A stretch of DNA of 42,054 nucleotides, taken from positions 1-42,054 of IMG/VR virus record IMGVR_UViG_2609459819_000001; one strand, 5' to 3'. This stretch comes from a virus (lineage: Duplodnaviria; Heunggongvirae; Uroviricota; Caudoviricetes). How positions within the stretch are numbered: position 1 is the stretch's first letter; each line of letters starts with the position of its first letter. The position numbers and the translations under genes were made by a program. Below, piece by piece: positions 1 to 7,619 of this stretch. The notes under the pieces were generated by a model. The model saw only the letters and a list, made by a program, of their open reading frames with translations, did no database searches and was not told the DNA's origin.

Positions 1-1013
1 CCTGCAAGATTTGTTGTCTGAGAGCCGCGAAAATTAGCCGAATTACCATTCACATTAACGTTGGCGCTCAGAAATGAACTACCGTCAGACAGCACCGCAT
101 TGACGCTTACAAATATGGCGAAAGACTGGCTGTTGGTGTATACGACACCGAGATTTCTAGATTTCATTCCGCATTGACCAAACAACCCTTTCATATCTGA
201 GTAGTTTTGTGATGCAGCAAGTGATGATGCAGCAACACCTGATTCTGTTGATGTTCTGGAATCAGATACGCGGATAATTCCCTTGTTTGTTGGGGTCGCA
301 TCATTGGTCTTGCCTTGCAGAGCTACAATATCCGCATAATTCATCGCTGCCGCTTTTGCTGTTGCAGCAAGCGTTTCAGATTCGGATACCCTTGATGATG
401 TAAGTTGAACAATTCCTTTCTGTGTCGTAGTTGAATCCTGAGTTTTGTTTTGCAAAGATTTTATGTCCGTATAGTTTTGCGCGACAGCATTAGCTGTGGC
501 TGCAATATCCTCTGCACCCGATACCCGCGATGACGTTAACCGGACTAAACCCACCTGTGTTGTTGATGCGTCTTTAATACCAAGGTATGTGAGAATGTCA
601 GCAATAGTATTTTTCCCAATAATGTCACGGCCAACAGAAGTTAAATCAGTCTGCGCTGCTGTATCATTTCCAGTGAAATATGGGAGTTTATTTGCACCTG
701 TTGCGAGCCCAGCTAATGCCGACAGCGTGGCATCAAGCGCCTGGAAATCTTTCCCGAAAGCGGTCCCCATTTTGGATATAAACCCGTTCAGGTCTCCATC
801 ATCAAGCACATCCAGCCTGCTTTTGTTGGCGGTGTACTGCGCCAACGCTGCCGCGATAAAGCTGGCTTGCCGAATAGCTTTGTTGACCTGTGCGCTGGAT
901 GCTTTACCTGCCGTAAACCCTGAAAGCAGAGCCGGAAGTGCTTCCCAGTCAGCTTGTGAGGTGACGTTAGCGTTCGGATCAAGCGCGAAAGGTTTAAAGT
1001 TGTTTATTGCCAT
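1..1013 (-). CDS. Tail fiber protein, N-terminal 337 codons (gene continues past window start)
   Basis: Manually translated minus-strand frame is open from ATG at 1013..1011 to position 1 with no stop; N-terminus MAINNFKPFALDPNANVTSQADWEAL; three tandem ~43-aa repeats (GLVRLTSSRVS.., GIVQLTSSRVS.., GIIRVSDSRTS..); sits downstream of baseplate genes. Confidence 0.55.
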   Translation of the reverse strand, partial: MAINNFKPFALDPNANVTSQADWEALPALLSGFTAGKASSAQVNKAIRQASFIAAALAQYTANKSRLDVLDDGDLNGFISKMGTAFGKDFQALDATLSALAGLATGANKLPYFTGNDTAAQTDLTSVGRDIIGKNTIADILTYLGIKDASTTQVGLVRLTSSRVSGAEDIAATANAVAQNYTDIKSLQNKTQDSTTTQKGIVQLTSSRVSESETLAATAKAAAMNYADIVALQGKTNDATPTNKGIIRVSDSRTSTESGVAASSLAASQNYSDMKGLFGQCGMKSRNLGVVYTNSQSFAIFVSVNAVLSDGSSFLSANVNVNGNSANFRGSQTTNLA

Positions 1014-1693
1014 TAGAGTATTGTCCCCCATGCTCCAACATCGAACCCGCCGATGTATTCGTTATCCATATCAAACCCAAAGAATTTAGAGCCCTCGGAT
1101 GGTGCTTCTACCGAAGGCGTTTCAACATCACCGGCCCATACGCCAGCTGCTTTAACGGTGAGATAGCCCTGTTTGATAGCGGCAATCAGTTCAAGAGACA
1201 CATCAGAAATATCAGTCTCGGGGAATACCCAAACCGATATCGTCATGTCCTGGTTGTCGACAATTTGCATCCTCAGGCCTGAGCCTTCAGTCGCAGCGTC
1301 AAGGATGGGAGGCAGAGAGTCGTTCCGACCGTCCCAGTTGTTGATAGCGATTTTCGCTTTCAGAATGATGCGGTACGTCTCATCGCTTAGCGTCGTATAG
1401 CCAGAATCAGGATCATATGGCCCTTGCCAGATGCCCTGGTCATACCCAAGCCCGTCAGTGTCCCAGCTGAAATAAACTCCGCTAATTGGCTGGCTGACTA
1501 TGCGACTGCGTCCGATCCACAGACCGAGGATGTCGAGCTGTACACCGACAGCAGTATCAATATCGAAGGCTGTTATAAGCCCTGACATAGTGCTGGACAC
1601 ATCAATCAGCGGGCGGGTGCTCAGATCTATATGGTCAAAAAAGAGTGGCTTGGTAGCGTGGTAGTTAGTGATCAGTTCGGTGTATTTGCTCAT
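1013..1693 (-). CDS. Baseplate / tail-fiber-proximal structural protein (gpI-position)
   Basis: 226-aa ORF between J-like gene and tail fiber; TAATG stop/start overlap with tail fiber; assignment by position. Confidence 0.4.
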   Translation of the reverse strand: MSKYTELITNYHATKPLFFDHIDLSTRPLIDVSSTMSGLITAFDIDTAVGVQLDILGLWIGRSRIVSQPISGVYFSWDTDGLGYDQGIWQGPYDPDSGYTTLSDETYRIILKAKIAINNWDGRNDSLPPILDAATEGSGLRMQIVDNQDMTISVWVFPETDISDVSLELIAAIKQGYLTVKAAGVWAGDVETPSVEAPSEGSKFFGFDMDNEYIGGFDVGAWGTIL

Positions 1694-2889
1694 GAGGTCA
1701 CCGTGATACTGATATTCGCGGTGCTACAGGACGCAGAAGCATCATAGGCAATATCAATGTTTGATGCCGATACGCTGCCAGACGACTTACCGATCAGCAG
1801 GTCGGTAATATCGTAATAGCGGGCATTCCCGCCGCTCACAACGCCGAGGTTTGCCGGGGAATAAATACGGCTCAGCAGAACGTCGTCGCCAATTGTTAGG
1901 CCATTTATATAATCGGCAACAGCCTGTTTAATCTGCTCGCCGATTTGAGAGGTATAGCCGGTAAAAACTTTCAGGGTAATGGCTACGAAAATTGGCACAT
2001 CGGTAGAGCGCGAAAAACTGATGACGTGTGGATTACCGTAAGTATCCGGCACCGTGACAGAAGTTTTACCGTAAGTTGCGGTTCCCTGCCCTTTACTCCC
2101 CCGGATTGTTTGGGCTATCTCGGTAACATCCCCTCCATCGACGATGGCGGAAATAGAGTGTGGCGGCAGCCCGTTGCTGTCGGTTGCCCCAGTGTCGTTC
2201 TCATATAGTTTGTGACGTGTCACGCCAGCAACATTAGCGATAGCACCGTCGACACCTTCAAACGGTGTGATCGATGGTAGCGCGACGCTTTGCCCCTGCC
2301 GAATGCGCAGCTCTGCGTCGGTTTCGGCTGGTGAACCGACAGTAGCCGCAACTGGATTGGTTACCGACACCCAACCTCGGGTCGGGGTGTTGATAGTGGT
2401 AATAGTCCCGGCCAGCGCCGCAACCGAACCGCTATTCGCACATGTGGCCGTCACCAGCACAGTACCATCAACGCCGATCGCTACACTTGCGGGAAAATTC
2501 CAGATAATGCCGTTTTTATCCCGTGCGGAGCCATTCGTGATAGTCGTGCCTGCCGTACCGGTTAACAGAAGGTCAGCAGTAGAGTTTGTCGCTACTTTTC
2601 GCGTGATCCCGTTAATTTTCACATTGCTGCTAAGCGCTGCGGCCTGCGCTGTCGTCGGTGAAAAAGAGTTGTAGATCCCGATAGCGGTGTTGTTAGCGTC
2701 ATGCACGGCAAGAGCCACCAGCGCGACCATCTGCCCGTCTTTGCTGTCTGGTTCGAGGTAGGCATCACTACCGTAAATCTGCCTGAAATAGCTGGTCAGT
2801 GTATCTAGGATTGTCTGGTAATCAGGCGCACTAATCCCCTGGGCGGTTACCGTTGCCGATAGCCCCAGCGTGTCGAGGTTCAAAGCCAT
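1690..2889 (-). CDS. Baseplate J-like protein
   Basis: 399-aa ORF; size and position (after W-like, before fiber) as in Mu gp47 / P2 gpJ; start overlaps the upstream stop. Confidence 0.5.
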   Translation of the reverse strand: MALNLDTLGLSATVTAQGISAPDYQTILDTLTSYFRQIYGSDAYLEPDSKDGQMVALVALAVHDANNTAIGIYNSFSPTTAQAAALSSNVKINGITRKVATNSTADLLLTGTAGTTITNGSARDKNGIIWNFPASVAIGVDGTVLVTATCANSGSVAALAGTITTINTPTRGWVSVTNPVAATVGSPAETDAELRIRQGQSVALPSITPFEGVDGAIANVAGVTRHKLYENDTGATDSNGLPPHSISAIVDGGDVTEIAQTIRGSKGQGTATYGKTSVTVPDTYGNPHVISFSRSTDVPIFVAITLKVFTGYTSQIGEQIKQAVADYINGLTIGDDVLLSRIYSPANLGVVSGGNARYYDITDLLIGKSSGSVSASNIDIAYDASASCSTANISITVTS

Positions 2890-3243
2890 TTATGCCTCGC
2901 TTGTTACAGTCGTCTGGCCGTAGATTGTGTCAATGGAGGAAGTGAAGGTGACGCGACGGCTGGTGCCGTCATAATTGGTATCGAAGGAAAGAATCGACAG
3001 AACGCCCGGTGTGTCCTGTATGCGTTCACGTATAGCCAGGATGTAGACGTCAGATCGCTGTTTACCAAGCACCGACTGAACATACGGCGTGCCTTCCGTC
3101 AGATCGAGAAACCACTGACCGCGCCACAGCTCGAAGCGGGTTTTTACTGCCTGGGCGACACATTCCGGACTGTCGATAAGGAAAGTATCGTCACCCTGCC
3201 CGAAAGTGTAATCACCGTCGGCGTCTTCACGTCTGTATCGCAT
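2890..3243 (-). CDS. Small baseplate protein (gpW / Mu gp46 position)
   Basis: 117-aa ORF immediately upstream of J-like gene. Confidence 0.4.
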   Translation of the reverse strand: MRYRREDADGDYTFGQGDDTFLIDSPECVAQAVKTRFELWRGQWFLDLTEGTPYVQSVLGKQRSDVYILAIRERIQDTPGVLSILSFDTNYDGTSRRVTFTSSIDTIYGQTTVTSEA

Positions 3244-3246
3244 AAA

Positions 3247-3345
3247 TCACCACCAGCGTATAGCGCTAATAACGCTTGACAGACCGAATAAAAAGAACAC
3301 GGCCCAGATGAGGAAGAATTTCCAGTTGGGTAGTTTTTCGCCCAT
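3247..3345 (-). CDS. 32-aa hydrophobic small ORF (MGEKLPNWKFFLIWAVFFLFGLSSVISAIRWW)
   Basis: Manually translated; GGGAG about 9 nt upstream of ATG; one predicted TM helix; below the ORF-track length cut-off. Confidence 0.2.
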   Translation of the reverse strand: MGEKLPNWKFFLIWAVFFLFGLSSVISAIRWW

Positions 3346-3424
3346 GACTCGCAACTCCCGTATCAGTTTGCTAAAATTAATCACATATTCTCCCTTGCTA
3401 TCCTCAAGGTGCAGAAAGTAAAAA

Positions 3425-3451
3425 GCCCCGAAGTGTTAGCGCACCCGGGGC
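3425..3451 (-). terminator. GC hairpin (GCCCCG..CGGGGC) with T runs on both sides; weak intrinsic terminator or RNA stability element
   Basis: 6-bp GC stem 3425-3430/3446-3451, flanked by AAAA (3421-3424) and TTTT (3452-3455). Confidence 0.3.
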
Positions 3452-3471
3452 TTTTGTCTGTTTGGTAGTTT

Positions 3472-4212
3472 TTAATTAGGCGCGGTAGTATTCCCGCTGC
3501 CATTCTGCACACCGCCATGGGTATGCTGGATGAGGCTCTTACCTCCAGCCTTCACATCGTTAGTCACCGTCACCGGCCCAAGCATCGTCGCAGTACCGCC
3601 ACTTTCGCCCATTCCCTGAGACAGATTGCCATTAATCGTTACGTTGCCGTTCAGCGTGATAGTCGGGGATGTGATTGTCGTTCCACCTTCAGCCGTAGCC
3701 GTGAGCTGGCCCGGTGTTTGAACGGTGATGTTATGTCCTGCGGCAACCTCTACGAACGCCGCACCATCATCGGTTCGCAGCTGCGCGGCGCTGGTACTGA
3801 TACCGCTGATTTTCTGTGCTTGCGACTGCGGGCCAACGATGGCGAACGCATCAGATAAGTCATGCTGTCGCGGATCGACGGTCTCCTGAACGCCGCCGCT
3901 CTGCCACCAGAAATCGATGCAACGGTCGGCAAAGATCAGCAGGCACTCGTCGCCTTCTTTTACCGGAAAGGTCAGCGTGCAACCGCCGCCGCGCGGGAAG
4001 ATAACCGGCACATCCACCAGCGGTTTTAATTCGGTGGAGCCATCGCCAACAATACCGCGAAGCGCTACCTCTACTGTGCAGGTAACAGTGTCAGGATCGA
4101 ACGACTGAATGATGCCGGGCATCGCTACGCGCATCTGGGTAGACACCGAATCGGCAATGGCCTGCGCGGTCTGCTGCTCACCGCCGATCTGTGATTGAGT
4201 TGTGATTGGCAT
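3472..4212 (-). CDS. Baseplate central spike protein (gpV / Mu gp45-like)
   Basis: 246-aa ORF; Gly/Thr-rich C-terminus ending LIQHTHGGVQNGSGNTTAPN; position between hub and W-like genes; GGGGG 4 nt upstream of ATG. Confidence 0.5.
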   Translation of the reverse strand: MPITTQSQIGGEQQTAQAIADSVSTQMRVAMPGIIQSFDPDTVTCTVEVALRGIVGDGSTELKPLVDVPVIFPRGGGCTLTFPVKEGDECLLIFADRCIDFWWQSGGVQETVDPRQHDLSDAFAIVGPQSQAQKISGISTSAAQLRTDDGAAFVEVAAGHNITVQTPGQLTATAEGGTTITSPTITLNGNVTINGNLSQGMGESGGTATMLGPVTVTNDVKAGGKSLIQHTHGGVQNGSGNTTAPN

Positions 4213-4223
4213 AAAACCCCCAT

Positions 4224-4247
4224 AAAAAAACCAGCCGAAGCTGGTTT
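4224..4247 (-). terminator. Hairpin with T7 run on minus strand (ACCAGC-ttcg-GCTGGT then TTTTTTT)
   Basis: Stem 4230-4235/4240-4245; lies 12 nt upstream of the V-like start, so probably a cargo-gene terminator read through in the late transcript. Confidence 0.4.
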
Positions 4248-4434
4248 GGTATCAATTATCTCTTAGTAACTAAGCTACATCAGTGTGAAGTAAGGCTTTT
4301 CCGCTGCAATGGCACACATTCACAAGGTGTATTAGGATATGTTTGCAACAAGTAAGCATTGAAAATCAATTTCAGCCATGAAGCCGCCATAGAGTGGACC
4401 TGCACCATCGCATTATTGACTACAGGAGTAACAA

Positions 4435-4725
4435 ATGGGATTTAGATTTCGTAAAAGAATCCGGATTGCGCCCGGACTCGCGATCAACATTAGTAAAAGC
4501 GGAGTAAGCACTTCAATTGGTGGTAAAGGTTCCACCATTAACATCGGGAAAAAAGGCGTAAAGATGACAAATGGCCTTCCCGGCACGGGGCTGTCGCATA
4601 CCACTAACCTTTACTCTCCCGGGAAATCGACAGAAAAAAAACAACTTACTCATAAGCAAAAAATAATTAGAAACATCCTGTTCGTAATTATTGTGTTTAT
4701 TATAATTAAAGCTCAATATTTTTGA
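4435..4725 (+). CDS. DUF4236-like small protein with C-terminal TM helix
   Basis: 96-aa ORF on opposite strand to tail genes; N-terminus MGFRFRKRIRIAPGLAINISKSGVSTSIGGKG recalled as the DUF4236 signature; AGGAG 7 nt upstream; AT-rich. Confidence 0.5.
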   Translation: MGFRFRKRIRIAPGLAINISKSGVSTSIGGKGSTINIGKKGVKMTNGLPGTGLSHTTNLYSPGKSTEKKQLTHKQKIIRNILFVIIVFIIIKAQYF

Positions 4726-4730
4726 CGCAT

Positions 4731-4760
4731 GCCCGCCTATCTGGCGGGCTATTTTACTTT
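4731..4760 (+). terminator. Intrinsic terminator after the DUF4236-like gene
   Basis: GCCCGCC-tatct-GGCGGGC stem (4731-4749) followed by TATTTTACTTTT. Confidence 0.5.
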
Positions 4761-5639
4761 TCGGCAGTCGTATGTTGCATACTGACGCGGCGCATTCATG
4801 CTGGCTTGCAGCCACTGGGCATTGAGAATAGCTTTTCCGTTGCGCTTGATGTACTCAAGCCCAACCCAGCGGCCGGGTTGATTAGTGGCAGCCATCCACT
4901 CCATCTTGATGTTATCCGGTTCCCCTTTGGTGCTACCACCAGAGCCGATTGGGCTAATTTTTTGCGTCTCTGGTTTTGCGCCATTAATTCTGGCCCAACC
5001 ATCAGCAGAAGACAGATCAATCGTATAAGGACCACAGACTGTTTTGTAATTCACGCCAAGCTTTTCGTTACTGTGAACATTACTACTTTTCTCGTAATCA
5101 GCCTTGGCTACGTCGTTCATTTTTTGATAGATGGCAGGTTGCTTCAGCGATAACTCATTTAGCTGTTTTACAAAATTTTCTCGTGAAACCTCTGCAAGCC
5201 CCATGGGTTTTCTATCAATGATATAATCATCATAAATCTTTAATACAACAGCCGAAGAAGAAAGTTTCTTAGCTAAATCATTTACAAAATTGAGATAATT
5301 TAGCTGAGAATTATCTCTTACATCGATAGCCCTAACTCCACCTGTGCCGTACTCATGATATGCAGCATAAAAAGCTGGTATATTCTCCGGCTTTTTATTG
5401 ATTGCCTTAATCAACCCGTCAGGACCACAGATCTCGCCACTCCAGTCAATTAGTGACTTCCCTTTAGATTTCCATGTCTGACAATCATCTGTCGATAAAA
5501 TTACTATCGGCTGCCATCCTGGACGTCTTTTGTACTCAGCGTTCTGCGCGGAATTAAAGCCTGCACTCGCGCCCCCGGATAAGAGCAACCCGGAAAGAAA
5601 AAGTGCGCTATATCGAATTCCGTTCTTATTTGTACCCAC
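4749..5639 (-). CDS. Secreted protein of unknown function (Sec-type signal peptide); cargo gene inside the baseplate cluster
   Basis: 296-aa ORF; GTG start 1 nt after hub stop with AGGAGG 7 nt upstream; N-terminus has basic n-region, hydrophobic LFLSGLLLSGGASAGF and ASA/AQNA cleavage-like motif; AT-rich. Confidence 0.5.
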   Translation of the reverse strand: MGTNKNGIRYSALFLSGLLLSGGASAGFNSAQNAEYKRRPGWQPIVILSTDDCQTWKSKGKSLIDWSGEICGPDGLIKAINKKPENIPAFYAAYHEYGTGGVRAIDVRDNSQLNYLNFVNDLAKKLSSSAVVLKIYDDYIIDRKPMGLAEVSRENFVKQLNELSLKQPAIYQKMNDVAKADYEKSSNVHSNEKLGVNYKTVCGPYTIDLSSADGWARINGAKPETQKISPIGSGGSTKGEPDNIKMEWMAATNQPGRWVGLEYIKRNGKAILNAQWLQASMNAPRQYATYDCRKVK

Positions 5640-6707
5640 TTAATTTCCTCCTGAGCGAGCTATAGTCGACTGGCTAATCAGGTCACGAGCCCCACGCGCA
5701 AAACACATCAAATCCATGTACCACGCCTGACCTCTGGTGTCGCCAGTATAGTCGATAGCTTTGACGATATAAACGCCATCCGTCGCAATGCTGGCAGCCT
5801 GTGACGTCGTGCCGGTCAGCACACGGTTGCCGTTCTCTTCTGTTTCGGTGATACGCCCGGGCGACTGTGCGATTTCGCTATTGCCGAGCGCGGCGCGGTA
5901 CACCGAAGCCTGATCGAGCTGGATAAGACCATTAATACGGATGTTTGGGTTTATCAGGCACCGCACGTTTACTCCGCCGCCCATCGTTTGTTGCGGCATA
6001 CCGATCAGGCCAGTATCGGCATTCAACACAATGGCTTCGTGAATATATTTATCCTCCGGCACCATCTGGACCTGACCATCCACCAGCTGCCATGTCGCTT
6101 TGCACTGCGCAGCAATATTATCCATCACGTTACGGGTGGATGAATAAATCGCACGGCCACGAGGAAACACGGTATCAGGAAAGTCACCGGTAATGCCCTG
6201 CGTCACGCCGAACGCGTTGAAATCCTGCATAGTCGCCCGGTGCAGGTCCGCAACGGTATAACCAGCGGCAAGCGTGGTGATGGTAGTCGCGTAGAGGAAC
6301 GCTTCGTGGTTACTGATGGCCTGAATCAGCACCCAGGAATCGGTGATGTTGTCCTTCCCGGTGACGGTGAAGCGAATATCACCGTCAAATATCAGGCCGT
6401 AGTTCTGACCGTTCACCTGCCCTACCTGGTCTGGTGAAATCTCCCGGGCGACACCAACCTGGCTCGCATCAACATCCGGCGCAATACCGTCATACCCGGC
6501 AATGATGCGAATTTTTGCAAACTCCTGCCCCAGTATCTTGTTCGTGGTATCGGTCGAAAGGTTGTAAATTTTCACGTTCGCCACTCGCGGCCAGCGTGTA
6601 TCTGCCCACTCGATCTGGAACGTGACCTTAAAATCAGACAGGGAAACGCCCTGCCCGTTCTGGTCCAACAGTTGCAGCTCAAAATGGCGCATCCAGTTAA
6701 GAGACAT
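5640..6707 (-). CDS. Baseplate hub protein (Mu gp44 / P2 gpD-like position)
   Basis: 355-aa ORF two genes downstream of tape measure. Confidence 0.45.
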   Translation of the reverse strand: MSLNWMRHFELQLLDQNGQGVSLSDFKVTFQIEWADTRWPRVANVKIYNLSTDTTNKILGQEFAKIRIIAGYDGIAPDVDASQVGVAREISPDQVGQVNGQNYGLIFDGDIRFTVTGKDNITDSWVLIQAISNHEAFLYATTITTLAAGYTVADLHRATMQDFNAFGVTQGITGDFPDTVFPRGRAIYSSTRNVMDNIAAQCKATWQLVDGQVQMVPEDKYIHEAIVLNADTGLIGMPQQTMGGGVNVRCLINPNIRINGLIQLDQASVYRAALGNSEIAQSPGRITETEENGNRVLTGTTSQAASIATDGVYIVKAIDYTGDTRGQAWYMDLMCFARGARDLISQSTIARSGGN

Positions 6708-6709
6708 TT

Positions 6710-7015
6710 CTACTCCTGTACGAAAATGAGGTGGCTGTATGTGCCGAGGTTGGTTTTGGTGGGCTCGTCTGGTGCGCCCTTATCGGTCGCCACCACCAGC
6801 GCGCCATCAATGCCAAGCTGTGGATATTGTCGTAAAAGGTTTACGCCGGTCAGTATAGGTACGCCAGAGAGAAGCGCGGCACCGCCGCTATCCATCACGT
6901 CCATAATCCAGCCAGCCGCATCACGCCAGATGATCCTGAGTGTATACGTGGTATTGCCCAGCAAAACGCGGAACTGCTGATTGTCAGGAGAAAGCGGTAT
7001 TTCGTTAAACTGCAT
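6710..7015 (-). CDS. Tail/baseplate protein
   Basis: 101-aa ORF tightly packed between tail genes. Confidence 0.35.
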   Translation of the reverse strand: MQFNEIPLSPDNQQFRVLLGNTTYTLRIIWRDAAGWIMDVMDSGGAALLSGVPILTGVNLLRQYPQLGIDGALVVATDKGAPDEPTKTNLGTYSHLIFVQE

Positions 7016-7016
7016 A

Positions 7017-7619
7017 TCATCCCCCGAATGCTGATGTAACGCTTCCGCCCAGCTGGCTCAGCAAGGATTCGTTTGGCGGTGTAGTGGATTTCATCCCGGA
7101 ATTCTGCACCGCCGATGTGCTGACGCCATCCTGCATATCTGATTTATCTGCAACGCTAACGCTCTGCGTCTGCGACATGATCACTTCACGCAGGGTAAGC
7201 GTGCAGTTCAGCACGTTCTCGCTGGTTTTATCCGTTGTCACCTCGATGGCTCGCACCAGCATATTGCTGTAAACCCGCTTTCCGGTCACTACATCGAACG
7301 GCACCCGAGAGGACTGGAGATCCAGTAGTTGCTGATAGGTCTCTTTCGGGCTAAGTCCGGCGCTGAGGCCGATTGACGATGTATCAATGAAGTCCAGCAA
7401 CGAACCGCCACCAGCGAAGCCGCATTCCATTGTGACTTCGCTGGGGCGCTTATACGCATGATCGGCGATGAAGCCCGAAGCGCTATTCGTTGTTGGCTTC
7501 TCCACCGGGTGCTCAGTAATTTCGAGCGCATCAGAATGCTTTTCGGAGACGACCACGCTGGGGATCAGCAGGCCAATTCGCCGGGATTGCTGGCGAAAAA
7601 TCGCTGATAAAATATCCAT
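7017..7619 (-). CDS. Tail protein (Mu gp43 DNA-circulation position)
   Basis: 200-aa ORF directly after the tape measure gene with overlapping stop/start. Confidence 0.35.
   Translation of the reverse strand: MDILSAIFRQQSRRIGLLIPSVVVSEKHSDALEITEHPVEKPTTNSASGFIADHAYKRPSEVTMECGFAGGGSLLDFIDTSSIGLSAGLSPKETYQQLLDLQSSRVPFDVVTGKRVYSNMLVRAIEVTTDKTSENVLNCTLTLREVIMSQTQSVSVADKSDMQDGVSTSAVQNSGMKSTTPPNESLLSQLGGSVTSAFGG

Noticed and set aside
496-1089. 197-aa plus-strand ORF in the track
   Set aside because: Antisense to the long open minus-strand tail-fiber frame, which has repeat structure and gene-order support; low-complexity Ala/Ser-rich mirror translation.
4224-4247. Hairpin read as a terminator that would block V-like spike gene expression
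   Set aside because: It lies only 12 nt upstream of the spike start with no room for a promoter, so it is more likely a cargo-gene terminator bypassed by Q-antiterminated late transcription; kept as a low-confidence terminator.
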